A stretch of DNA of 64,000 bases from Planctomycetota bacterium (GTDB lineage Bacteria; Planctomycetota; UBA1135; UBA2386), in assembly GCA_965228735.1 (NCBI GenBank), contig OZ245838.1:2912001-2976000 (forward strand). The letters run 5' to 3'. Shown piece after piece: positions 1 through 10,975 of the stretch. A model generated the notes under the pieces. The model did not search any database, was not told the origin of the DNA, and worked only from the letters and a program-made list of their open reading frames with translations. The first letter of the stretch is position 1. Each line of letters opens with the position of its first letter. The position numbers and the translations under genes were made by a program.

Positions 1-1418
1 CCGTCACCGTTGATCTGGTTGTCGAACTCCTGGAGCGCGCAGACCCAGCTGAATGCGTTGCCGCCCTCGGCGACCTTGTTGACCGACGGCCGCTCGCAGT
101 CACGCGTGACGATGCCGCGGATCGTGAACGGCGAGCCGAACGTGCCGTCGGGGCCGGACGCGGGCGCGAAGAGCACGCCGCGGACCTGGCTCGTCGGCGT
201 GTTGTGGAACGGATTGCCGCCGTGGTCGTCGGTCTGGAACACGACGAGCGCTTCGTCGCCGCTGCGGTAGGCCTCGACGCCGCCCACGTCGGGCCGCCAG
301 TCACTCTGACCGACGATCCGCGGCAGGACCTCGTAGTTGGTCGCGAGCACGGTGTCGCCCGACGCATGCGCGTGGCAACGGACGCCGGCGTACGGCGTCG
401 TGGCGTTGCGGAACAACCGCTCCATCGCGATCACCCAGTGGTCGACGCCGCCGACGAACGCGCACGACGGCGAGTTGGTGTCCCAGATGTTCGAGATGTC
501 GGTGTAGACCGTGGTCGACCCCGAGTGGTCGTCATCGGTGAGCCGCGCGTAGAGGTCGCCGTCGAGCGCCGAGACGTGGCGCACGTAGGCGAACATCACG
601 TTGTGCGCCGTCGCGACATCGTCCCGCGCGATGTCGCACGCGGTGAGGTGCGCGCCCGACGCGATCTGGACGCGCGTCAGCAGCGGATCGACGACGACGG
701 GCAGCACAGCACTCTCGAGCCAGCTGCCCGGCACCCGCAACGTGATCTCGCCGGCCTCGTAGCCGGTCGTGAGCGGCAGCGTCTGCCCCGCTGCATCGAT
801 CGCGTAGGCCTTGCCGTACTGCGTGATCGCGTTGCCCTGGTCGTCGGAGAACGTCAGCGCCTGGTGCGCCGGCGGCACGTCGGCAGCGACGAGGTCGGAA
901 GTGATCGCGCCCGTGATCACGAGATCGCCGACCACCGGCAGCCGCGTCACGACGAACGTCTGCTCGAGCCCTTCGGCGAGCACGTCATAGGCCTCCGTGA
1001 TGCCGCCGAAGCGGTATTCGACCCGATGATCCGTATGGACCCGGCCAGGCTGGCCCGTGGCGAGTTCGACCCCACCGATCCGCGCCGACGTCGTGCGCCA
1101 CGACAGCGGCTGGTTGCGCGGGTAGTCCTTGCCGAGGTACGGCACGAAGGTCATGTCGCCGTGGAACGAAGCCTTGTAGTCCGCACCGGCGGCCCAGAGG
1201 CCATAGTCGAAGCCGCCATCAGCCGCAGCCGTGTGGACGGGCGTGACCGCGGCGGTCAGCGCCGAGCTACTCGCGGCCATCGTGGCCAGCGTGGCGTCCG
1301 CGGCGGGCGCCGGCCCGGCTGCGAGCGCCGTGCCATCGGGGTTCTGGGCGAAGGCCACGGGCAGCAGCAGGCCGCTGCCGAGCACGAGGGCCGGGATCGA
1401 GATGCGGAGGGAGTTCAT
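1..1418 (-). CDS. Large secreted protein, partial (runs off left edge)
   Basis: Not in the ORF track because its stop lies outside the window. ATG at 1418 reads MNSLRISIPALVLGSGLLLPVAFAQ (signal peptide), then ...YGLWAAGADYKASF...EAYDVLAEGLEQTF...LPVVVDPL, with strong GC3 bias. Confidence 0.8.
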   Translation of the reverse strand, partial: MNSLRISIPALVLGSGLLLPVAFAQNPDGTALAAGPAPAADATLATMAASSSALTAAVTPVHTAAADGGFDYGLWAAGADYKASFHGDMTFVPYLGKDYPRNQPLSWRTTSARIGGVELATGQPGRVHTDHRVEYRFGGITEAYDVLAEGLEQTFVVTRLPVVGDLVITGAITSDLVAADVPPAHQALTFSDDQGNAITQYGKAYAIDAAGQTLPLTTGYEAGEITLRVPGSWLESAVLPVVVDPLLTRVQIASGAHLTACDIARDDVATAHNVMFAYVRHVSALDGDLYARLTDDDHSGSTTVYTDISNIWDTNSPSCAFVGGVDHWVIAMERLFRNATTPYAGVRCHAHASGDTVLATNYEVLPRIVGQSDWRPDVGGVEAYRSGDEALVVFQTDDHGGNPFHNTPTSQVRGVLFAPASGPDGTFGSPFTIRGIVTRDCERPSVNKVAEGGNAFSWVCALQEFDNQINGD

Positions 1419-1574
1419 GGCTGGATCAAGGTCGGAGTCAGGTCATCTGCAGGGTGTCTCCCCTGACCTCGACACGCCGATCCCGACCGCACCGCCGAGC
1501 ACTGGTTTTTTGGAGCAGTGGTGCCGCGCCGCCGGCTGCTCGTCGGCGACCGCACGCGGCACGCGCAGGCGGGG

Positions 1575-2756
1575 TCAGGCGCGGCGCACGCCGAAGCGAA
1601 TCGCGGCGTAGGAGCCGGCCTGACAGATCGCGGCGAAGACCAGCACGCCGTTGAAGCCGAGCTCGGGACCGAGCTCGCGCGCGACGAGCGCGAAGCCGAC
1701 GACGCCGAACTGCATCGCGGCCGTGCGCAGCCCCATGAGCGTGCTGAGCTGCGATTCGGGCACGAGCCCCGAGATCAGCGCCTGCAGCGGCCCGGTCCGC
1801 GCCGCGGCCGTCAGCGCGAGCACGAGCCCGATCGAGAGCAGCGCGAGATCGCCCGGCCCCCGCGCCAGCAGGACGAAGCAGCCGACGAGGACGATCGAAC
1901 ACCAGAGGACGAACGTGCGCTTGCCGAGCCGATCGCTGACCTTGCCGAACCCGGCGCTGCCGACGACGGACAACGCGCCGAGCGCGATCCACAGGTAGAT
2001 CTGCTGCTCCTTCGGCACCCGCCCGGTCTCGTCGAGCCAGCCGGTCGCGAGTTGGACGACCGTGAGGAACGAGCCGACGTGCAGCAGCGTCGCGAGCAGA
2101 CCGGCCGCGACCTGACCGTTCCCGAGCACCGCGCGGTAGCGCGCGTGCTGCTCGTCGTCCGGGATGTCGGGCACGCTGCGAATCGCGAGCACGATCGCGG
2201 CGACACCGATGAGCGCCTGGGCGACGAAGATCGACTCCCAGTGCCCGAAGCGGGCGAGCGCGACGGTCACCGGCATGCCAACCGGGATCGCGAGGAACAT
2301 GCCCGCGGAGAACCAGCCCATCGTCGCGCCGCGCCGTTCGTAGGGCGTGATGCGCGACGCGAGCGCCGACGCGGACGAGTACGCGAGTCCGGCCGCGACC
2401 CCGGACAGCACGCGCTGCGTGGCGAACCACCAGAACCCGAGATCGAGGACGTGCAGCGCGCTGGCGACGACGAAGACCAGCAGCCCGAGCTGCAGCGCCC
2501 GCCGCCGCCCGAGCCGCCGCGCCGCGGGCCGGACGGCGAGCGCGCCGAGCCCCATTCCGATCGCCGTGCCGGCGACGAGGATCTCGGAGTCGCCGCCGGC
2601 GAGCTGCAGCTCCGTGCGCAGGAACGGCAGCAGCGCGCCGAGCACGTTCGCGTTGAGGTTGAGCACGAACGCGGCCCACACGAGCGCGAGCACGGCGAGG
2701 CGCTCGGTCGAGCGCGGCAACTCGGAAGCGGCGGGCGGAGCGGGGTCGGTGGCCAA
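1575..2756 (-). CDS. MFS transporter
   Basis: 393 aa with about 12 hydrophobic segments; motif-A-like ARRLGRR and GKVSDRLGKR. Confidence 0.9.
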   Translation of the reverse strand: MATDPAPPAASELPRSTERLAVLALVWAAFVLNLNANVLGALLPFLRTELQLAGGDSEILVAGTAIGMGLGALAVRPAARRLGRRRALQLGLLVFVVASALHVLDLGFWWFATQRVLSGVAAGLAYSSASALASRITPYERRGATMGWFSAGMFLAIPVGMPVTVALARFGHWESIFVAQALIGVAAIVLAIRSVPDIPDDEQHARYRAVLGNGQVAAGLLATLLHVGSFLTVVQLATGWLDETGRVPKEQQIYLWIALGALSVVGSAGFGKVSDRLGKRTFVLWCSIVLVGCFVLLARGPGDLALLSIGLVLALTAAARTGPLQALISGLVPESQLSTLMGLRTAAMQFGVVGFALVARELGPELGFNGVLVFAAICQAGSYAAIRFGVRRA

Positions 2757-2876
2757 GCACCGGCATCATGGGAGGTCGGGATCTGTTTTCCACGTTCTGC
2801 AGCTCGACCTCGACGCCCGCCGCCGGAGCGGGATAGATTCCCCTGCCCCCATGCAGACGATGTCGGAGCTCAGCGC

Positions 2877-4214
2877 GTGAAGATCGCGATCCTCGGCGGT
2901 GGAATCTCCGGCACGGCGCTCGCGCGGATGCTGGCGGGCGACGGCCACGACGTGGCCGTGCTCGAGCGCAGCGAACGCGCTGGCGGGCTCTGCCAGAGCA
3001 GCCGGTTCGGCGACTTCACGTTCGACAACGCCGGCGGGCACATCCTGTTCTCGAAGAACCAGAAGGTGCTCGACTGGCAGCTCGAGCGCTGCGGCGGCGA
3101 CGACGGCACGGTCCGCACCGAGCGCAACACGAAGATCCGGTGGCACGACCGCTGGGTGCCGTATCCGTTCGAGAACGGCGTCGGCCACCTCACGAAGGCG
3201 GCGATCGTCGAGTGCATGGCCGGCTACGTCGAGGCGTTCGCCGACCGGCGCGCCGGCGCGGAGTGCCCGCCCAACTTCCACGACTGGGTACTGTGGCGCA
3301 TGGGCGAGGGCTTCGCGAAGCACTTCATGCTGCCCTACAACGAGAAGATCTGGGAGTGCGACCTGCACCGCCTGTCGAGCGGCTGGGTCGCGGGCCGCGT
3401 TCCCGAGGCGCCGATCGAGGACATCCTGAAGTCCGCGATCGGCCTCGACACCGACGGCTACACGCACCAGTCGGTCTTCTGGTTCCCGAAGCACGGCGGC
3501 TTCGAAACGCTCGTCCGCGGCACCATCGCGGGCGGCGGGTTCGCGCTCCACACGGGCGTCGCGGTCGAACGCGTCGAACGCAAGGGCAACGGCTTCGCGG
3601 TGAACGGCGAGGACTACGACCTCGTGGTCAACACCGTGCCGCTGCCGCTCATCGAGGGCGCGATCGCCGACATCCCGGACGAGGTGCGCAGCGACATCCG
3701 CGCGCTCGAACCGATCTCGCTCGTCAACCTGATGATCGGCGTGAAGCTCGACGAGCCGCTGCCGCCGCTGTCGTGGGTCTACCTGCCGTTCCCCGAGCAG
3801 GGTCCGGTCAACCGCGTGACCTACTACAGCAACTACGCGCCGGGGAACGCGCCGGCCGGACACGGCTCGTTCCTCGCCGAGGTCACCCACCGCGGCGACC
3901 TGCAACCGGACCGCAAGTGGGCGCGCGAGGTCACCGCGGCGCTCGGCCGCGCCGGCATCCTCGAACCGGACAACGTCGTGCTGCTCGAGTGGTGCGACAA
4001 CACGTTCGCCTACATCGACCAGGACCTCGAGTTCGCGGATCGGATCGGGCGCGTCCGCGGTTGGTTCGACACGAGCGGCTACATCACGTTCGGGCGGTTC
4101 GGGCGCTACGAGTATCACAACAGCGACCAGTGCATCGCGCGGGCCATGGAGGTCGCCGAGCACGTGCGGGAGATCGCGGCGAGCGGGGCCCCGGCCGCGC
4201 CCGTCTTCGCCTGA
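2877..4214 (+). CDS. FAD-dependent oxidoreductase (protoporphyrinogen oxidase / UDP-galactopyranose mutase-like family)
   Basis: GTG at 2877; KIAILGGGISG Rossmann motif, GGLCQS, FDNAGGHILFS, PYNEKIW and GRFGRYEYHNSDQ. Confidence 0.85.
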   Translation: MKIAILGGGISGTALARMLAGDGHDVAVLERSERAGGLCQSSRFGDFTFDNAGGHILFSKNQKVLDWQLERCGGDDGTVRTERNTKIRWHDRWVPYPFENGVGHLTKAAIVECMAGYVEAFADRRAGAECPPNFHDWVLWRMGEGFAKHFMLPYNEKIWECDLHRLSSGWVAGRVPEAPIEDILKSAIGLDTDGYTHQSVFWFPKHGGFETLVRGTIAGGGFALHTGVAVERVERKGNGFAVNGEDYDLVVNTVPLPLIEGAIADIPDEVRSDIRALEPISLVNLMIGVKLDEPLPPLSWVYLPFPEQGPVNRVTYYSNYAPGNAPAGHGSFLAEVTHRGDLQPDRKWAREVTAALGRAGILEPDNVVLLEWCDNTFAYIDQDLEFADRIGRVRGWFDTSGYITFGRFGRYEYHNSDQCIARAMEVAEHVREIAASGAPAAPVFA

Positions 4215-4280
4215 GCGACCGCGGCCGCGTGACGCTCGACCGGATCCCGATCCGATTCGTCGAAAATTCGTTTCCACTAC

Positions 4281-4310
4281 GGAACCCCGGAACCCGACGC
4301 CGCCGTCCAA
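4281..4310 (+). promoter_or_regulatory. Putative ECF sigma-type promoter
   Basis: GGAACC (4281-4286), 17-nt spacer, CGTCCAA (4304-4310), directly upstream of the first hairpin of the candidate ncRNA. Confidence 0.5.
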
Positions 4311-4314
4311 GGGG

Positions 4315-4570
4315 TGTTCCGCGTGGACCATGCCTCTGCGCGGAGCATTCCTGTCTCCAGGATCCCCAGACGAGCATCTTCCGGACGCCGAGACGGCATC
4401 GCGAATCAGAGGGGTCTGTTCCAGGGTGAAAGCCCGAGGTGCAGCTGGCCAGTCAGCGAGTGGCCAGCACGTCTCGCGCTCGTTCCCGGCGGGTTCTGGA
4501 GGCAGGGTCCATTTTACTCTCAGTTCTCATGCAGCAGCGGAGTGCGTTCGTAAGAGCGTGCTCCGCGCTC
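4315..4570 (+). ncRNA. Candidate structured non-coding RNA, family unassigned
   Basis: Stems at 4315-4326/4336-4347, 4350-4365/4491-4506, 4370-4375/4478-4483, 4389-4395/4470-4476, 4444-4451/4461-4468 and 4537-4549/4554-4566. The non-Watson-Crick positions are G-U on the + strand. GAAA and GUAA tetraloops are present. Confidence 0.7.
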
Positions 4571-5170
4571 ATTTCTGGCGACTCCGACCGAACCGGAGCC
4601 GCCCGCTGCGGCCCCGGCCGCCCCCATGGGACGGGGCGCACGACCCGACTCGGGCTGCCGCGCGGGCAAATCGCAGCGGAAAAAGCCCGTGATTGGGTGC
4701 GCCATTCGGTCCCCCTGTTCGTTACCAGAGGGCATCGTGCACTATGGTTGTGCATCCGGAAGGCCCGTTGCGGACGAAGTTCGCGCAGGTCGAGCGCCGT
4801 CACCACCACCACCCGCGGCGTTCTCCGGTCGATTCCCTGACACTTTGACCCCGACCCCGACACGAACGGGGCGGGCCGGACCCGGCGGACCCGAGGTTCC
4901 CGAGAACCCTGGGTTCCGGAACACCCTGGTTTCAGGGTTCGGCCCGACGCACTAGACTTTCTTCCTGGCGTTACGCCGCTTCCGCCGCCGGTTCGCCGGC
5001 GACCAGACCACCCCAATGCCCGACGTCGTGCCCCACCACTGCACGTCTCGGCCGAGCGCGCTGGCTCGGCCCGGGGGCGGACTGGCCGGACGCGGGCTGC
5101 CGCAATGCCGATCCACCCGAGCGGCGCCCCCCTCGAGGGCACCGTCTGCACCCTGGGAGGGGGTGCTCTG

Positions 5171-5518
5171 ATGCCGGAACCGACGATCGAACAGGCCCGG
5201 ATCGAACCAATCCCGAGCGGTCGCATCGACCGCAACCAGGTCCGCGCCGACTGGGCGCGGGACGGCTACAGCTGCGAACTCTGGGTCGATCCCCCGGAGC
5301 GTGTGTGGAGTGACTTCGTGCACGACGCCGACCTGCGGCTGTTGCTGCTGCAGGGCTCGATCCAGGTCGCGCTACCGGACCGGACCGTGCAGCTGACGAC
5401 CGGCGACGAACTCGACGTCCCGGCGCACACCCGCTTCACGATCCGTCACCTCAGCGACCAATCGGCCCGCTGGCTGCACGGCTACCGCCAGCCCGCGCGC
5501 ACCACCCGCGCGTCGTGA
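5171..5518 (+). CDS. Cupin domain protein
   Basis: WVDPPERVWSDFVHDAD...LTTGDELDVPAHTRF cupin pattern; ATG at 5171 preferred over 5105. Confidence 0.8.
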   Translation: MPEPTIEQARIEPIPSGRIDRNQVRADWARDGYSCELWVDPPERVWSDFVHDADLRLLLLQGSIQVALPDRTVQLTTGDELDVPAHTRFTIRHLSDQSARWLHGYRQPARTTRAS

Positions 5519-5533
5519 ACCTACGGGGGATGT

Positions 5534-6061
5534 TCACTCCCGCAGCGTCCAGACGCCGCGTTGGCCCGGGGTCTCCTCGACGCCGACGCTGAGGGAGCGG
5601 ACCGCGAGGTCGGGCCAGATGGGTCGCATGCGTTCGCGCAGCGTGCGGCCGAACCACGCCGCGAGGTTCTCCGCGCTCGAGTTGCTGATCGGCAGGACGA
5701 TGACCTCGTCGGTCGGGATGCGATACCAGCGCTCGCGGTAACGGATCTCCGTCGTGCCGTCGTCCATGGGTTCGGCGGTCAGGACCGGGTGCTCGCCCGG
5801 CAGCAGCAGGTGCTCGTCGAGCTCGTCGCAGAGCGCCCGCACGAGCGGCTTGATCTCCTTGAAGTTGACCACGAGGCCGTGCTCGTCGAGCTCGGTGTGC
5901 AGCTCGACGAACACCTTGTAGTTGTGCCCATGGAGCCGCTCCGCGGTGCCGTCGGGGAAGATCAGGAAGTGCGCCGCGCTGAACTTGAGGTAGTCCTTCT
6001 CGACGAGGATCGACCAGCTCTCGGTCGGGCGTCCGGACGGGCTGTCGCTGGGGCCTTTCAT
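5534..6061 (-). CDS. queD: 6-pyruvoyl-tetrahydropterin synthase / 6-carboxytetrahydropterin synthase family
   Basis: FSAAH, ERLHGHNY, SSAENLA and EETPGQ motifs. Confidence 0.85.
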   Translation of the reverse strand: MKGPSDSPSGRPTESWSILVEKDYLKFSAAHFLIFPDGTAERLHGHNYKVFVELHTELDEHGLVVNFKEIKPLVRALCDELDEHLLLPGEHPVLTAEPMDDGTTEIRYRERWYRIPTDEVIVLPISNSSAENLAAWFGRTLRERMRPIWPDLAVRSLSVGVEETPGQRGVWTLRE

Positions 6062-6120
6062 GGTTGCGGGTCTTGCAGAGGATAGCGGGGGCCCGGCTGG
6101 AGCCGGTATATGGTGTCGGA

Positions 6121-6459
6121 ATGGACCTCTCGAACGTGCCGTGGCAGCAGACGCGCTACTCCGGGATGGCGATCCACTTCTACCGTTCGGGTCGAAAGGA
6201 CGGGGATCGCAGGTCGCAGCGGGTCGTCGCGTTGATCCGGATGGATCCGGGCTGCGGCTACCCGCGTCACAAGCACCAGGGCACCGAGGAGGTCCTGGTG
6301 CTCCGCGGCGCGTACGCCGACGAGTTCGGCGTCCACCGGGCCGGCGCGTTCGTCACCTACGACGACGGCACCACCCACACGCCCGTCGCCGTAGAGGACT
6401 CCGACGAGCCGTGCGTCCTGCTCACCGTGGCCCACGAGGGCATCCGGCTCGAGCGCTGA
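6121..6459 (+). CDS. ChrR-like cupin domain protein
   Basis: MDPGCGYPRHKHQGTEEVLVLRG...HTP; ATG at 6121 lies 6 nt after a TATGGT box. Confidence 0.8.
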   Translation: MDLSNVPWQQTRYSGMAIHFYRSGRKDGDRRSQRVVALIRMDPGCGYPRHKHQGTEEVLVLRGAYADEFGVHRAGAFVTYDDGTTHTPVAVEDSDEPCVLLTVAHEGIRLER

Positions 6460-6488
6460 CGGCGGGGCGGCCCAACGCGGCCCCGCCG
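6460..6488. terminator. Hairpin between convergent cupin and fusA genes
   Basis: CGGCGGGGC / GCCCCGCCG inverted repeat; no U-tract. Confidence 0.4.
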
Positions 6489-6506
6489 GACATCGGCGGC
6501 CAGGGC

Positions 6507-8636
<2,130 letters not shown>

Positions 8637-8799
8637 TGGCGGAGGGCCTCGGATGAGGCGCGGAAAAAATGAAGACAGACCGTGAGCAGATCGTGAGCCC
8701 ACGGCCAAGAGCTTGAGTCGGAACCGCCGAAAACACCGGCAGTTTCCGCGACTTCGCTCGCCGGCAGCAGTGCACCGCGGCCGGTTTTGAAGGCGAAAT

Positions 8800-8827
8800 A
8801 GCTTAGCGGCGCGCGCTCGGCGGTCAA
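8800..8827 (-). promoter_or_regulatory. Putative sigma70 promoter of fusA
   Basis: Minus strand TTGACC-N16-TAAGCT, about 160 nt upstream of the start codon. Confidence 0.55.
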
Positions 8828-8977
8828 CAGGGGTCCGGCCCCACCGGTGCGATCCGGGGCCGGAACGCACGGCCCGACCCGGCGATGGCGCCGACCCGTC
8901 CGCCGCGCCGTCCAGTTCCCCGACAGTCGCGCCCGATGACCGCGGGAGATTTCGTCGCTCCAGGAGAACACGCCATC

Positions 8978-10954
8978 ATGACCGCTCCGCTGATTCGGGC
9001 CCGCGCCGGGCTGGCCGCACTCGCCGCCCTGGCCGTGGCGGCCTTCGGCCTCAGCTCGCCCGCCGCCGCCCAGAAGACGCCCGAGGAGGCGCTGCTGGCT
9101 CTTACCGAGGGCAACCGACGCTTCGCGTCCGGGCGCTCGGTACCGCAGCCCGTCGGCGAAGGGGTTCGACGCACCCTGGCCCGCGGCCAGAGCCCGTTCG
9201 CCGTCGTCGTCTGCTGCGCCGACAGCCGCGTGCCGCCGGAGCACGTCTTCAACTGCGGCCTCGGCGAGCTGTTCGTGATCCGCGTCGCAGCCCATACCTG
9301 CGACCGCGCGACGCTGGCCAGCATCGAGTACGCGGTCGAGCACCTCAACGCGCCGCTGTGCGTCGTGCTCGGCCACGAGAAGTGCGGCGCGGTCACGACC
9401 GCGATCCGCCAGCTGCTGCCGCCCGCCGAAGGCTCCGACCACGATGCGGGTCGGGCGCCCGCCAGCCCGGCGATCCGCCAGCTCGTCGAACAGCTCGAGA
9501 CCGCGGTGCGCAAGGCCACGAGTCGCGACCTCGGGGGCAAGGCGCTCCACGACGCCTGCGAGGAAGAGCACGTGCACCACACGGTGCAGCACGTTCTGCG
9601 CACGAGCCCGCTGCTGCGGCGCTACGTCAAGATCGGGCGACTGCAGGTCACGGGCGCGCGCTACCACCTGCAGAGCGGCCTCGTCGAGTGGCTGCCGTCG
9701 CGACCGCTGCCGAACGAGCACGACACGAACTACGATCCGGACCGTCACGCGGTGCCGGTCAGCACGCCGCCACACGTCGCGCTGCGCCTGCTGCAGGCCG
9801 GCCATCGGCGCTTCCTCGGCGACAGCCTGCCGACCGCGGACCTGTCGGCCGAACGGCGCGAGGCGCTCACCCACGGGGAGCAGCCGCTCGCGATCGTGCT
9901 GACGGACGCGGACTCGCGGATCAGCCCGGAGCACGTGTTCGACGCCGGACTCGGCGAACTCGTCGTCGTTCGGCTCGCGGGCTCGGTGGTCTCCGACAAC
10001 GTGCTCGCGACACTCGAGCTCGCGGCGACCCGTACCGGCGCATCGCTGCTGCTCGTGATGGGCAACACGCGCGACGAAGCGATGCAGCAGGCTGCCGCGC
10101 GCCCCGACAGCCAGGAACTGTCGCCACACCAGCGCGCGCTGCTGACCCAGCTCGAACCCGCGATCGAGGTCGCGCGCCGCCACCACGGCCCGAACAAGGA
10201 CCCGCGCGAGCTCGTGCCGCATGCGGTCGCCGGCAACGTGCTGCGCACGGTCGGGAACCTGCGCGCCCGCAGCAAGGTGCTGCGCGACCTCGAACGGCGC
10301 GGTCGCTTCGCGATCCTGCCGACGGTCTACGACGTCGGATCCGGTGACCTGGCGTGGCTCAAGAGCGACGGCACGATCGTCCCCGATCACGAGCCGCACG
10401 CCGCGCCGGGCGGCGAGACCGCCGTGCATGGCGAGCCCGCGGTGGAGGGCGGCCACGGCGACGGCGATGGCCACGGCGACGGCAATGGCGACGGCAATGG
10501 CCACGATCACGGTCACGGCCACGGCCATGACGCGGGGCACGGTCACGGCGACGATCACGGTCACGGCGGTCACGGCGACGATCACGGGCACGGCGACGGC
10601 GACGGCCACGATCCGGCGCCGGTGCTCGATTGGGGCGCCGCGATGCCGACCGCTTCGGACTTCGGCCACGGCGATTCGCACTCGGGGCACGCTGGCCACG
10701 GCAGCCCCGGCGATCACCCGGGCCACGGTGACGGTCACGACGGGTACGGTGGCCACGGCGACGGGCACGGGGACGAGCACGGGCACGGGCACGGCGACGA
10801 TCACGACCCGCACGCGGCGCACGAACCGCATGCCGCGCGCCACGGCGGCCACGGCGAGCGCGGCGAGTACGGCATCTTCCACCCGATCACGTTCGTCGGG
10901 TTCGGCGGCATCCTGTCGCTGCTGCTCGCCGCCGTGATCGCGATGAAGAAGTAG
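8978..10954 (+). CDS. Exported tandem beta-carbonic anhydrase with His/Gly/Asp-rich linker and C-terminal membrane anchor
   Basis: AGGAG RBS; signal peptide ending AAAQ; domain 1 has CADSR and HEKC; domain 2 has DADSR and NTRD; C-terminal hydrophobic helix followed by KK. Confidence 0.9.
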   Translation: MTAPLIRARAGLAALAALAVAAFGLSSPAAAQKTPEEALLALTEGNRRFASGRSVPQPVGEGVRRTLARGQSPFAVVVCCADSRVPPEHVFNCGLGELFVIRVAAHTCDRATLASIEYAVEHLNAPLCVVLGHEKCGAVTTAIRQLLPPAEGSDHDAGRAPASPAIRQLVEQLETAVRKATSRDLGGKALHDACEEEHVHHTVQHVLRTSPLLRRYVKIGRLQVTGARYHLQSGLVEWLPSRPLPNEHDTNYDPDRHAVPVSTPPHVALRLLQAGHRRFLGDSLPTADLSAERREALTHGEQPLAIVLTDADSRISPEHVFDAGLGELVVVRLAGSVVSDNVLATLELAATRTGASLLLVMGNTRDEAMQQAAARPDSQELSPHQRALLTQLEPAIEVARRHHGPNKDPRELVPHAVAGNVLRTVGNLRARSKVLRDLERRGRFAILPTVYDVGSGDLAWLKSDGTIVPDHEPHAAPGGETAVHGEPAVEGGHGDGDGHGDGNGDGNGHDHGHGHGHDAGHGHGDDHGHGGHGDDHGHGDGDGHDPAPVLDWGAAMPTASDFGHGDSHSGHAGHGSPGDHPGHGDGHDGYGGHGDGHGDEHGHGHGDDHDPHAAHEPHAARHGGHGERGEYGIFHPITFVGFGGILSLLLAAVIAMKK

Positions 10955-10975
10955 GAGCCGGCGCCGTCCCGGCGG

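Noticed and set aside
204..1466. 420-aa + strand ORF
   Set aside because: Antisense shadow of the minus-strand secreted protein starting at 1418.
4315..4570. Retron msr-msd, group II intron or tRNA identity for the structured RNA
   Set aside because: No reverse transcriptase in the window, no GUGYG 5' end or domain V, and no cloverleaf. Only the AGGGUGAAAGCCCGA hairpin resembles intron motifs.
4330..5323. Short ORFs in the large gap (4330..4692, 4453..5235, 4952..5323 and others)
   Set aside because: No GC3 bias, RBS or protein motifs; better explained as RNA or regulatory sequence.
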